From the NCBI GenBank assembly GCA_003194425.1, contig PQXB01000003.1, positions 31,615-63,614 of the forward strand: DNA of 32,000 nucleotides, written 5' to 3'. Source of the DNA: Candidatus Methanophagaceae archaeon (GTDB lineage: Archaea > Halobacteriota > Syntropharchaeia > Alkanophagales > Methanospirareceae). Below are positions 20,519 through 29,079 of this stretch, one piece after another. Numbering within the stretch: position 1 is the first letter of the stretch; every line of letters starts with the position of its first letter. Made by a program: the position numbers and the translations under genes. The notes under the pieces were generated by a model. That model saw only the letters and a program-made list of their open reading frames with translations. It did no database searches and was not told the DNA's origin.

Positions 20519-21394
20519 ATGAAAGAGGTGCTGAGGCGGTTTGCGAGCGGGAAAATAAGTCTGGAAGAGGCGTGCGAGGTGTTGAAGACAGAGTTGAGGT
20601 TAGAGTTGAGGTCAGAGTTGAGGTCAGAGTTGAGGTCAGAGTTAAAGTCAGAGTTGAAGTTAGAGGGGGTGAGAAGAGTGAAGGATTTTGCGAGAATTGA
20701 CGCGGACCGACTGCAGAGGACGGGCGTGCCAGAAATAATCTTTGCCGAGGGGAAGAGCAGCGACGAGGTGGCGGAAATCGCTGTGGCACTCGCAACCGCA
20801 AAGGGCTTTGCGTTGGTGAGCAGGGCGAGCGGAGAAGACGCAGCCGCGGTAAAAGCTGCAGTAAAAGTGCGTGTAAAAAAAAATAAAAATAAAAGTAGAG
20901 ATGCAGAAGTAGAATTTGAGGTTGACTACAACGGTGCTGCGGGGACGGTTGTGGTGAAGAGGAGGGGGCACGAGTTTGAGAAGGCGGGAAAAATCGGCTT
21001 AATCGCGGCTGGAACCGCGGACATTCCTGTCGCCGAGGAGGTGAGGGTTGTGGCTGAGGTCTGCGGGTGTGAGGTGGTAAAAGCGTACGATGTGGGAATT
21101 GCGGGCTTGCACAGGCTTGTAGAACCGCTTGAAAAGATTTTAAGGGCTGGCGTGGCGGCGGTCGTCGTGGTCGCAGGAATGGAGGGTGCGTTGCCCTCGG
21201 TTGTAGCAAGTCTTGTGGACGTGCCTGTAGTAGGCGTTCCGACTTCGGTGGGCTACGGGTTGGGCGGCGAAGGAGTAGCAGCGATTCTTTCGATGCTGCA
21301 GAGCTGCTCGCCTGGTTTGGCGGTGGTAAACATTGACAACGGCGTCGGAGCGGGGACGTTCGCTGCAAAATGCGCGCGATATTTTCTCCGTTAA
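20519..21394 (+). CDS. larB: LarB-type (PurE-like) nickel-pincer cofactor biosynthesis protein
   Basis: D..R..RTG.PE.IFAEGKS is followed by a PurE-like C-terminal domain: IGLIAAGTADIPVAEE...VAGMEGALPSVVA.LVDVPVVGVPTSVGYG...L.SML.SC.PG.AVVNIDNG.GAG. An N-terminal (ELRS)n insertion is present. Confidence 0.8.
   Translation: MKEVLRRFASGKISLEEACEVLKTELRLELRSELRSELRSELKSELKLEGVRRVKDFARIDADRLQRTGVPEIIFAEGKSSDEVAEIAVALATAKGFALVSRASGEDAAAVKAAVKVRVKKNKNKSRDAEVEFEVDYNGAAGTVVVKRRGHEFEKAGKIGLIAAGTADIPVAEEVRVVAEVCGCEVVKAYDVGIAGLHRLVEPLEKILRAGVAAVVVVAGMEGALPSVVASLVDVPVVGVPTSVGYGLGGEGVAAILSMLQSCSPGLAVVNIDNGVGAGTFAAKCARYFLR
20591..20662. repeat. In-frame tandem repeat in larB: 12-nt gagttgaggtca x6 (outer copies slightly diverged)
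   Basis: Read directly. It encodes ELRLELRSELRSELRSELKSELKL. Confidence 0.9.
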
Positions 21395-21401
21395 ATAACC
21401 T

Positions 21402-22082
21402 TCAATCTAGCAAAACCCCGTCCCGCATCCTTTTTGTCATTCCTGCGCGTGCTGCAATCTCGGCGTCGTGCGTTACCACAATCACCGTCCGTCCCTCGCG
21501 ATTCAGTCCCTCCAAAATCTCCATTATTGCGTTTCCCGCCTCTGTGTCCACATTTCCAGTCGGCTCGTCGCCGATGACGATTTCGGGGTCGTTTGAGAGT
21601 GCACGTGCGATCGCGACGCGTTGCTGCTGCCCGCCGCTCAGCTCCGCGGGTTTGTGTTGCAGCCGGTCGCCGAGCCCGACCTTTGCAAGCAGTTCCTCCG
21701 CCCGCTCCGTTCGTGTCTCGTGCCGCACGCCCGCGAAGAACATTGGAAGCGCGACATTTTCAAGTGCGTTTAAGGTGTGAATGAGGTTGAACTGCTGGAA
21801 GATGAACCCGATTTTCTCACGCCTTATTTCCGCAAGCTCGTTCTCGGTCAGCGACGCGGTGTCGGTGCAGCCGATGAAAACCGCCCCGCTCGTCGGCTTG
21901 TCCAAGCAGCCGAGCATATTTAGGAGAGTGGATTTTCCGGAGCCAGACGGGCCAATTATCGCAAGAAATTCGCGGTCCGCAATCTCCAAATTCACATCCC
22001 GAAGTGCTTGGACCTCCACCTTGCCCATTTTGTAAATTTTTGTTAGGTGCTCGGTGCGAATCATTCTAACAATGTTTTTCAC
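21402..22082 (-). CDS. ABC transporter ATP-binding protein (MacB/LolD/FtsE-like), no adjacent permease
   Basis: It has Walker A GPSGSGKST, the signature LSGGQQQRVAIARAL and Walker B IVIGDEPTGNVD. Confidence 0.9.
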   Translation of the reverse strand: MKNIVRMIRTEHLTKIYKMGKVEVQALRDVNLEIADREFLAIIGPSGSGKSTLLNMLGCLDKPTSGAVFIGCTDTASLTENELAEIRREKIGFIFQQFNLIHTLNALENVALPMFFAGVRHETRTERAEELLAKVGLGDRLQHKPAELSGGQQQRVAIARALSNDPEIVIGDEPTGNVDTEAGNAIMEILEGLNREGRTVIVVTHDAEIAARAGMTKRMRDGVLLD

Positions 22083-22102
22083 GCATTTTTGTTTTTTCTT
22101 TT

Positions 22103-22141
22103 GCGTGTTTGTTTTGCGTGTTTGTTTTGCGTGTTTGTCTT
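22103..22141. repeat. Intergenic tandem repeat: 13-nt gcgtgtttgtttt x3
   Basis: Copies lie at 22103-22115, 22116-22128 and 22129-22141 (1 mismatch). The array sits in the divergent promoter region between the ABC ATPase and DsrE-like genes. Confidence 0.9.
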
Positions 22142-22204
22142 GTTTTTATAAAAGGAAAAAACATTTTTTAAAGGAAGGAACATTTATTTAAGTGGTGAGA
22201 AAAA

Positions 22205-22594
22205 ATGGCAGAAACCATAATATTGTGCAAGGAGGGGACAATAAGCTCGTATTTGGACAGTCTTGTTGTCGCCGCAAACCGAAAGAAGGCAGGAGAAGAC
22301 ATAGCAGTGGTATTTATGGACGAAGGCTTGGCAGCGCTGGTGGACGGGAAGTTCAGGTTCCCTGCAGGGTTGGAGAGCTACGCGGAGGAGATAAAGAAGA
22401 ACGCAGCGCGGATGGGTGTTCCTTCAGACCCATTCGAACTGATAAAAATGGCGAGCGGTGCGGGGGTGCCCTTGTACGCGAATTTTGCGTGGGCGAAACT
22501 CTTGGGGGTAGAAGTCCCGGAAGGGCTGCAGAAGATGGAGTTGAAGGAGTTTTTGGCGGAGTTAGGCAAAGCTAAACAGGTTATCTCGTTTTAA
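22205..22594 (+). CDS. DsrE/DsrF-like sulfur-relay family protein (COG2044-like)
   Basis: 129 aa. The N-terminal TIILCKEG...AVVFMDEGLAAL and the C-terminal ELIKMASGAGVPLYANFAWAKLLGV...EFLAEL...VISF resemble DsrE-family small proteins. The call is made by pattern only. Confidence 0.5.
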   Translation: MAETIILCKEGTISSYLDSLVVAANRKKAGEDIAVVFMDEGLAALVDGKFRFPAGLESYAEEIKKNAARMGVPSDPFELIKMASGAGVPLYANFAWAKLLGVEVPEGLQKMELKEFLAELGKAKQVISF

Positions 22595-22711
22595 CCGACC
22601 TAACCTGACTCCGCTAACTTGACTCCGCTTTTCTTCCCTCCTACCTCTCCTCTTAGGGAAAGGTGGAGAAGGGGGAAGGGGGAAGACTATTTTTTTATTT
22701 TTGTCTTTGTT

Positions 22712-24313
22712 TCAGTCCTTTCCGAACTGCTCCACCGCACTCTCCGCAGCGTCGACCATAACATCCCGATGCAACGAGACGCAGGGGTCAAAGCTCTTCT
22801 CCATTCTGCTCAACTCCTTCGCTGTCACCCCTTTTCTGATTGCGTTGCAGAGCCCGTCAATTCTGTCCGCAACCATTTCCTCGGAGACTAACTGCGCACC
22901 TACCAACCGCTCGGAATAAGAGTCGAAGAGCAATTTCACCGCCATTGTTTTCCTCCCTTGGTAGAACCTCGCTCTCGTTGGCTTTTCCTTCTTTCCGCTC
23001 ACCACTTTCATCCCGAACCTCGCAGCGGTCTCGGTTGTAATTCCTACCGTGCCTACTTGGAAGTCTGAGATCGTCGCCACCGCGGGGCTCAGGGCAGGCT
23101 CAAGCGAGTAGCCGACGCCCGTCAAATTATTTGCAACGACTTTCGCCTGCACCAGTGCGGAAGAGGCGAGTTGGCTCAGTCTCGGGCGAAGCGTAATTGC
23201 GTCTACGACCTCTACACAGTCGCCGAGTGCGTAGACATTTTTTATGTATTTTCCCCCCTCCGCCTGCCCCTGCCTTCTTTTAACCTGTAGGTACTGGTTG
23301 GTTACAATTCCGCCAGTCTCGCCGATTTGCAGACCTGCCTTCTCTGCCAATTCTGTATTTGGAATCATCCCTCTCGAAATCACGACAATATCTGCAGGAA
23401 TTTCCTCTCTTTCTCCCTCTCCCTCTCTTTCTCCCTCTCCCTCTCTTTCTCCCTCTCCCTCTCTTTCTCCCTCTCCCTCTCTTGCCTCTGGCCCTCCTAC
23501 CACGACTGACTTCACCTTTGACTTCACCTTCGCACCGTCGCCTTTTATCTCCTTCACCTGTTTTCCAAAAATGAACTCAACCCCCTCCTTCTCCAGCCTT
23601 GCACGAACTAAAGAGCCCATATCGGGGTCTAAAATGCTGGAGAGCGGTGTTGGATGCCCGACTACAACCCTCGTCTTCAACCCCTTTTTCAAGAAAGCGA
23701 GAGCCACCTGCAGCCCAATCGTACCACCGCCGAGAACCACTGCGTTCTTCGCTTCCGGAGAATTCATCGCCGCCTCTATCTTCTCGCCGTCTTCTACGGT
23801 GCTCATTGTGTAAACCCCTGCCAGTCCTCTCCCTTCTCCTTCTGCTCCAGGTATTTTAAGGACATCAGGGACACGAGGTCGCCGCCCGGTCGCGATTACG
23901 AGAAAATCATATTTTATCTCCTCTTCACTCCCGAGACTTCCAGGACTCCCAGGACTCCCGAGACTCCCAGGACTCCCGAGACTCCCAGGACTCCCGAGAC
24001 TCCCAAGACGCACGCTGCTCTCTTCTAAATTAATTCCCGTCGCTTCGGTCTCTGTTCGGTAGTCAATGCCGTGGCTAACGAAGGTCTCTGGCGGGTCAAT
24101 CTCCGCGACCTCCTTCATATTAAAAACCCCTTGCAATGCAAGTGGCACCGCGCAAATAGATGCAGAACCGCCCTTCTCCTTCTTCACAAGCGTTATCTCA
24201 AACTGCTTGAGAACCTCCGCCCCTTTCTTAAATAGTGCTTCCACCGTGTATGTCCCCGCGTCACCACCGCCAATTATCACTAATTTTTTCGCCATTTTCC
24301 CTCCTTTAAACAT
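22712..24313 (-). CDS. FAD-dependent pyridine nucleotide-disulfide oxidoreductase (CoA-disulfide reductase/NADH oxidase family)
   Basis: It has KKLVIIGGGDAG (FAD), a single redox Cys context SASICAVPLAL, VVLGGGTIGLQVA (NAD) and YALGDC. Two low-complexity insertions are present. Confidence 0.85.
   Translation of the reverse strand: MFKGGKMAKKLVIIGGGDAGTYTVEALFKKGAEVLKQFEITLVKKEKGGSASICAVPLALQGVFNMKEVAEIDPPETFVSHGIDYRTETEATGINLEESSVRLGSLGSPGSLGSPGSLGSPGSPGSLGSEEEIKYDFLVIATGRRPRVPDVLKIPGAEGEGRGLAGVYTMSTVEDGEKIEAAMNSPEAKNAVVLGGGTIGLQVALAFLKKGLKTRVVVGHPTPLSSILDPDMGSLVRARLEKEGVEFIFGKQVKEIKGDGAKVKSKVKSVVVGGPEAREGEGEREGEGEREGEGEREGEGEREEIPADIVVISRGMIPNTELAEKAGLQIGETGGIVTNQYLQVKRRQGQAEGGKYIKNVYALGDCVEVVDAITLRPRLSQLASSALVQAKVVANNLTGVGYSLEPALSPAVATISDFQVGTVGITTETAARFGMKVVSGKKEKPTRARFYQGRKTMAVKLLFDSYSERLVGAQLVSEEMVADRIDGLCNAIRKGVTAKELSRMEKSFDPCVSLHRDVMVDAAESAVEQFGKD
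23405..23476. repeat. In-frame tandem repeat: 18-nt ctctctttctccctctcc x4 perfect
   Basis: Copies lie at 23405-22, 23423-40, 23441-58 and 23459-76. It encodes (EGEGER)4 on the minus strand. Confidence 0.95.
23927..24007. repeat. In-frame tandem repeat: 9-nt actcccrrg x9
   Basis: Read directly. It encodes GSLGSPGSLGSPGSLGSPGSPGSLGS on the minus strand. Confidence 0.9.
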
Positions 24314-24332
24314 TCTCTATTTCAGTATAAAA

Positions 24333-25286
24333 ATGCAGGAAAGCCTGATGATGGAGTGCATACAGCGCATACAATGCGCCGAGGCGGTAGTAGAGTTAGA
24401 GGAAAACTGCGACCTCGTGTGTAAACGGCGAGTAGCGAAGCGGTACAGGGTAAAGGAAATAGACGAGCGGCTAAGGCGGGAGAGGACGAAGAGCGAAGCG
24501 AAAATAATCTCGGAAGCGAGGCGGAGAGGCGTCCTTACGCCAATTATTTTCGACATTTCCGACTACGAAATCGTGATGGAGCGGGTAGAGGGGGTCTTGG
24601 CGAGAGAGGTGTTTGAGCGGGAGGGCGAGGCAGACGAGGGCAGCGAAGTGGGTGAGGGCAGCGAAGTGGGTGAGGGCAGCGAAGTGGGTGAGGGCAGCGA
24701 AGCGGTAAGCGAGAAAATAGGCGAGTTTGTCGGCGTCTTGCACGAGAACGGGATAATTCACGGCGACTTGACTACCTCTAATATCATCGTCGTGAGACGG
24801 GACGGTAGGGAGAGAACCGTCTATTTCATTGACTTCGGGCTCTCCTTCTACGAATCGAGCGTAGAAGCGAGGGGCGTAGACGTGCACGTATTTTTCCAGA
24901 GCCTTCAAGGCACGCACGAAAGACACGAGCGTTTAAAGGACGGCTTTGTGCGGGGCTACAAAAAATCCTCCCCTGACGCAGCACGAGTGCTGAAAAGGGT
25001 AGAGGAAATCGAGCATCGGGGGCGGTACGTGAAGAGGAAGAGAGAGAAGACAGAGAACTGGAGAAGAGAGAAGACAGAGAACTGGAGAAGAGAGAAGAAG
25101 AAGAAAACTTCAACTCCAAAATTCCAAGACACTCACGTACGAGAGCGTTACAACCACCCCAGCGAGCAGCACGCCTGCAAAAATAGCACTAAACGCGTGC
25201 CTGCTGCGAATGCCGAAGACGAACGCGACTGCACACGCCGTCCAGGCTCCTGTTACGGGCAGAGGAACGGCGACGAACGGAATTAG
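24333..25286 (+). CDS. bud32: KEOPS kinase Bud32 (PRPK) with about 85-aa C-terminal extension
   Basis: From the ATG at 24333 I recognise GAEAVV, V.KRRV.KRYR....D..LRRERT..EA.....ARR.GV, IVMERVEG, IIHGDLTTSNI, YFIDFGLS, VD.HV and E.RGRYV. The first in-frame stop is at 25284-25286. The upstream 89 codons of the track ORF are antisense to the oxidoreductase gene. Confidence 0.85.
   Translation: MQESLMMECIQRIQCAEAVVELEENCDLVCKRRVAKRYRVKEIDERLRRERTKSEAKIISEARRRGVLTPIIFDISDYEIVMERVEGVLAREVFEREGEADEGSEVGEGSEVGEGSEVGEGSEAVSEKIGEFVGVLHENGIIHGDLTTSNIIVVRRDGRERTVYFIDFGLSFYESSVEARGVDVHVFFQSLQGTHERHERLKDGFVRGYKKSSPDAARVLKRVEEIEHRGRYVKRKREKTENWRREKTENWRREKKKKTSTPKFQDTHVRERYNHPSEQHACKNSTKRVPAANAEDERDCTRRPGSCYGQRNGDERN
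24636..24707. repeat. In-frame tandem repeat in bud32: 18-nt gagggcagcgaagtgggt x4 (last copy 2 mismatches)
   Basis: Read directly. It encodes (EGSEVG)n. Confidence 0.9.
25044..25091. repeat. In-frame tandem repeat at the bud32 C-terminus: 24-nt gagaagacagagaactggagaaga x2 perfect
   Basis: Copies lie at 25044-25067 and 25068-25091. It encodes (EKTENWRR)2. Confidence 0.9.
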
Positions 25287-25595
25287 CCCCAGAGACCCGT
25301 ATTTTTCCATTCGGTCGTTGTACCGCCTCGTTCGTGAGAAGAGCCAGTCAAAGAACCTGTCGAATGCCGAGAATCGCCGCAGCCAGTTTGAGACCGGCTC
25401 GAGAAAGAGGAGTAAAAGCACGACCGGCAGCATATTTCCTACTACCGAGAGAAGAAAGGCTCGTGAGGGCGGCATTCCGAAAAAGCTGATTGCAAACGGA
25501 ATGGAAGTCCGGAGCTCGCCAAACGGGACCGTAGCCATCAAGACCACCTGCAGGCTCTCCAACGCTGCTCCAGCAACAGCAAAACTGAAAGGCAT
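25110..25595 (-). CDS. Small multidrug export-like membrane protein (COG2426 / Sm_multidrug_ex-like)
   Basis: 161 aa with 4-5 TM helices. It contains PFGELRTSIPFAI and IPFVAVPLPVTGAWTA, which I associate with this family. Confidence 0.65.
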   Translation of the reverse strand: MPFSFAVAGAALESLQVVLMATVPFGELRTSIPFAISFFGMPPSRAFLLSVVGNMLPVVLLLLFLEPVSNWLRRFSAFDRFFDWLFSRTRRYNDRMEKYGSLGLIPFVAVPLPVTGAWTACAVAFVFGIRSRHAFSAIFAGVLLAGVVVTLSYVSVLEFWS

Positions 25596-25644
25596 ACTTC
25601 TTAATTAAGTTCGCACTTTTATAAAAGCAGGATAAAACCAAGCG

Positions 25645-27348
25645 ATGAAATTCGACCCAAAGCAGATAAGAGAAGAGACGAGGAGGGATTTTGAAGCCGC
25701 GTGGTTGGCGGGAACGAAATACGCGGGCGAGCGAAGCCTGAACGATAAATATCCGAGGTCCTTACTGCGTTTAGGTGTAGGAAAGCCGCACCCTGTTTTT
25801 GAGACGATTCAAAAGTTGAGAGAGGCGTACTTGCGGCTCGGGTTTGAGGAGGTGCTGAACCCGGTTGTGATTGAGGAGGCGGAAGTGAAGCGGCAGTTTG
25901 GAAAGGAGGCGCTTGCGGTTCTTGACCGCTGCTACTACCTCGCGGGTCTGCCTCGTCCTGACATCGGAATTTCAGACGAGCGGGTGAAGCGAATGAACTC
26001 GTTCCTCGAGGGGAAAGCGTTCTCGAAGGAAGCGGAGGAGGTAGAGGCGCTCAGGAGAACCTTGCACCGCTACAAGAAAGGCGAACTTGACGGCGACGAC
26101 CTGGTCTTTGCGGTGGCGGAGAGTTTGGACGTGGCGGACACGGAGGTGACGAAACTGCTTGACGGCGTCTTCCCGGAGTTGAAGAGCCTTGCTCCTGTCC
26201 CGCTCGGTTCAGCCGACTCGGGCAGTGGCAGGAGCACACTGCGAAGCCACATGACTTCAGGTTGGTTCTTGACACTTGCTGAGGTTTGGAAGAAGAGACC
26301 GCTGCCGCTGCGACTCTTCTCGGTGGACAGGTGCTTCAGGCGAGAGCAGCGCGAGGGCGAAATCCGACTCCGCAACTACCACTCCGCTTCTTGCGTGCTA
26401 CTCTGCGACGAGGCTGGTGACGAGGCTGGTGACGAGGCTGGTGACGAGGCTGGGGCAGGAAGAGGGGGAGTGAGCGTGGACGACGGCAAGGAGGTCGCGA
26501 CGGGGCTGCTTCTGCAGTTCGGGTTCGATAAAATGCGGTTCAGGGCGGACGAGAAGCGGTCAAAATATTACATTCCAGACACACAGACAGAAATTTTCTG
26601 CCACCACCCACGAATCGGGTGGGTGGAGGTGGCGACTTTTGGGATTTACTCGCCCACCGCCCTCGCACAGTACGACATTCCTTACCCTGTGCTGAATCTC
26701 GGGTTGGGCGTGGAGCGGTTGGCGATGATTCTGCACGACGCGGACGATGTGCGGGCGTTGGCGTTTCCGCAGTTCCACGCCGAGTGGCGACTGAGCGACT
26801 TGGAGTTGGCGGGGCTGGTGAGCGTTGCCGAGACGCCCTGCACCGCGGAGGGTGAGGAAATTGCGAGGGAAATTGTTCGGGTCTGCGAGGAAAAGGGCGG
26901 GGAGGAGTCGCCTTGCGAGTTCCTCGCTTGGCGTGGGTGCGTGTCTGGAGGAGGAGAGGGGAAGGGGGAGGTAGAGGTGTGGGTAGTGGAGTTGGAGGAA
27001 AAGACGCTTTTGTGCGGTCCCGCGTGCTTGAACGAGGTGGTCGTGCACGAGGGTTCGGTGCTTGCCGTGCCGAGGGGGAAGAAGGAGTGGGAAGCGGTCT
27101 TTGAGGCGGGCGTGCCGACTGGGATAAGATTTTTGGACGCTTTTGCTGCTCTTGCGGCTCGCAAGATTGAACTGTGGGGGGAGAGGGGGGAGGAGAAGAA
27201 CTGCGAGGTGAAGGTAAAAATGGTGAGGAGTGGGGCGGACGTGAACATAAAAATAGACGACTTGGCGGTGCGTTTTGTCACCTCGTGGAAGAAGAAGGTG
27301 GATTTGAGGGGACCTGTTTTTGTTACGGTGGTAGCTAAGCGGATTTGA
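25645..27348 (+). CDS. sepS: O-phosphoserine--tRNA(Cys) ligase (SepRS)
   Basis: The N-terminus is MKFDPKQIREETRRDFEAAW. It also contains YPR...GKPHPVFETIQKLREAYLRLGFEE..NPV, EALAVLDRCYYLAGLPRPDIGISDE and LRSHMTSGWF, which are diagnostic SepRS strings. It carries a (DEAG)4 insertion. Confidence 0.93.
   Translation: MKFDPKQIREETRRDFEAAWLAGTKYAGERSLNDKYPRSLLRLGVGKPHPVFETIQKLREAYLRLGFEEVLNPVVIEEAEVKRQFGKEALAVLDRCYYLAGLPRPDIGISDERVKRMNSFLEGKAFSKEAEEVEALRRTLHRYKKGELDGDDLVFAVAESLDVADTEVTKLLDGVFPELKSLAPVPLGSADSGSGRSTLRSHMTSGWFLTLAEVWKKRPLPLRLFSVDRCFRREQREGEIRLRNYHSASCVLLCDEAGDEAGDEAGDEAGAGRGGVSVDDGKEVATGLLLQFGFDKMRFRADEKRSKYYIPDTQTEIFCHHPRIGWVEVATFGIYSPTALAQYDIPYPVLNLGLGVERLAMILHDADDVRALAFPQFHAEWRLSDLELAGLVSVAETPCTAEGEEIAREIVRVCEEKGGEESPCEFLAWRGCVSGGGEGKGEVEVWVVELEEKTLLCGPACLNEVVVHEGSVLAVPRGKKEWEAVFEAGVPTGIRFLDAFAALAARKIELWGERGEEKNCEVKVKMVRSGADVNIKIDDLAVRFVTSWKKKVDLRGPVFVTVVAKRI
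26407..26454. repeat. In-frame tandem repeat in sepS: 12-nt gacgaggctggt x4
   Basis: Copies lie at 26407-18, 19-30, 31-42 and 43-54, with the last base of the last copy differing. Confidence 0.95.
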
Positions 27349-27356
27349 GTCTCTAA

Positions 27357-28916
27357 TCAAGACCCTCCCGCCGCCGCCCCACCGACCAAAATCCTCTTCA
27401 CCCGCACGTGCGGTGCGAATTCCGAGACCGGGACTTCTTGACCGTCCTTACCGCAGAACCCGATTGAACCTCGCTTCTTCTCCTGCCCCACCGCGTCAAT
27501 TTCTTTCAACACCTCCAGCGTCCTGCCCGAGAGCGAGACATTCTTCAGCCGCTTCGTGAGCCTGCCTTTCTCAATCAGGAACGCTTCTTCGGCGCTGAAC
27601 TGAAACTCGCCCCGCACCGTGTCCACCTGCCCCCCACGCATTCCCTTCGCGTAAATCCCAAACCGCACCCCCTCCAGCATTTCCTCAAAACTCCAACCTC
27701 TTCCCGCTCCCGCTCTCGAACCCGCTTCAACCACAGTGTTACTCATTCTGACCAGCGGAACTTCGGAATAATCAGCAGCCCTTGCGTTCGCAGTCGGCGT
27801 CGCCTCCAACCTGCCCGCGGTCTCCCTCGTGTGCAAGTAGGAGACCAGAACGCCGTTCTTTATTATTTCTGTCCTCCTCGCCCGCAGCCCCTCGTCGTCG
27901 TACTTGTAGTAGCCGTGCGACCCCACGACGGTCGGGTCGTCGGCAACGGTCAAGCCCTCGTAAGCTACCTGCTCGCCCAGTTTGTCCTTCAGAATTGACT
28001 CACCGCATAAAACGTGGTCGGCTTCCGCGGCGTGCCCGAGTGCCTCGTGCATAAAAACACCCGTGAGCTTGCTGTCCATTATTACAGGGAACTCGCCAGC
28101 AGGAGGCTGTTCAGCGTCAAGCAGCCTGACCGCCTTGTCCGCGGCCTTTACACCCACTACCTCGGGATTCCCCTCCGCTGCCACTCCCTCCGCTGCTACT
28201 CCCTCCGCTGCCACTCCCTCCGCTGCCTCTCCCTTCGCTACCTCTCCCTCTTCTGCCACGACCTCAAACCCAGCCACCGCTCCCACGCTCTCCACGCCTT
28301 CCTGCAGAACGCTGCCTTTCTTTGCAACTACACGCACGCGCAAAAAAACCGCAGGCATCTCAGTTACGACAAAACACCCCTCAGAGTCCGCGTAGGTCTT
28401 CTCCTCGTAGCCGTCCAAATACAAAATAGAAACGCTTTTTACGAGTGGGGAGTGCTGCGTTGCCGCTTTGTACGCTGCCTTAACCAGCCTCTTTTTCTCC
28501 TCTACGCTAACATCCTCAGGATTTATTTTCGGCTTCAGTTTAAAATGGTCGCTCCGCGGCTTCGCACCTGCCATTTTTACGGCTTCCTCCTCCCTCTTCT
28601 TCTCTAATTCTGACTTCTCCGATTCTAACTTCTCTGATTCTGATTTTGAGAGCGACAACGCCCTTCCAACCCTTAAAGCGTCCTCAAAAGCAGCCTTTAT
28701 TCTGGGCTTTGAGAGCTCGTTAGAGGAGGAGAAGCCCCACGAGTTTTTGTAGAGCACTCTTACGCCCACGCCCTCGTCAATTCCGTAACTCATTTCTCTG
28801 AAGACGCCGTCTCTCAATTCGAGGGTAGTTGCGTAACCTTTTTCGAGCCGAATGTCCGCGAATCTCGCCCCCTCCGAAATCACAAAATCCACTGCCTTTT
28901 TTATCTCTTCTTGCAT
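27357..28916 (-). CDS. tldD: TldD/PmbA-family metalloprotease (TldD-like)
   Basis: From the ATG at 28916 it reads MQEEIKKAVDFV...ADIRLE. It has the HEALGHAAEAD zinc motif, PLVRMSNT, and a GG-rich C-terminal fold. It carries an (AAEGV)n insertion. Confidence 0.88.
   Translation of the reverse strand: MQEEIKKAVDFVISEGARFADIRLEKGYATTLELRDGVFREMSYGIDEGVGVRVLYKNSWGFSSSNELSKPRIKAAFEDALRVGRALSLSKSESEKLESEKSELEKKREEEAVKMAGAKPRSDHFKLKPKINPEDVSVEEKKRLVKAAYKAATQHSPLVKSVSILYLDGYEEKTYADSEGCFVVTEMPAVFLRVRVVAKKGSVLQEGVESVGAVAGFEVVAEEGEVAKGEAAEGVAAEGVAAEGVAAEGNPEVVGVKAADKAVRLLDAEQPPAGEFPVIMDSKLTGVFMHEALGHAAEADHVLCGESILKDKLGEQVAYEGLTVADDPTVVGSHGYYKYDDEGLRARRTEIIKNGVLVSYLHTRETAGRLEATPTANARAADYSEVPLVRMSNTVVEAGSRAGAGRGWSFEEMLEGVRFGIYAKGMRGGQVDTVRGEFQFSAEEAFLIEKGRLTKRLKNVSLSGRTLEVLKEIDAVGQEKKRGSIGFCGKDGQEVPVSEFAPHVRVKRILVGGAAAGGS
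28171..28260. repeat. In-frame tandem repeat in tldD: 15-nt ccctccgctgccact, 4 good plus 2 degenerate copies
   Basis: Copies start at 28171, 28186, 28201, 28216, 28231 and 28246. Confidence 0.9.
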
Positions 28917-28984
28917 TTTTATAGAAACAAAACAGAATTTGTAGAAATAAAACAAAAGCAAAACAAAATCTAAAAAAGAAGAAG

Positions 28985-29058
28985 GGGGCTGTAGCTCAGA
29001 CTGGGAGAGCGCTCGGCTGAAGACCGAGTTGTCCCGAGTTCAAATCTCGGCAGCCCCA
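28985..29058 (+). tRNA. tRNA-Phe (anticodon GAA)
   Basis: Folded by hand. Acceptor GGGGCTG/CAGCCCC; D arm GCTC-AGACTGGGA-GAGC; anticodon stem CTCGG/CCGAG with loop CTGAAGA; T arm CCGAG-TTCAAAT-CTCGG; discriminator A. No CCA is encoded. Confidence 0.9.
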
Positions 29059-29079
29059 CTACGCCACTCTACCCAAGAA

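Noticed and set aside
20517-21368. 283-aa minus-strand ORF
   Set aside because: It is antisense to larB, is P/S/R/Q-rich and has no recognisable motifs. The same reasoning applies to 15933-16682(-), 26560-27360(-), 9761-10264(-), 10385-10888(-), 2338-3078(+), 4511-5140(+), 23244-23813(+), 28014-28607(+) and 17483-18202(+).
24066-24332. N-terminal 89 codons of the bud32 track ORF
   Set aside because: These codons are antisense to the oxidoreductase 5' region. Bud32 homology begins at the ATG at 24333.
29029-29079. Upstream start for the GTPase ORF
   Set aside because: It would overlap tRNA-Phe. The conserved P-loop N-terminus begins at the ATG at 29080.
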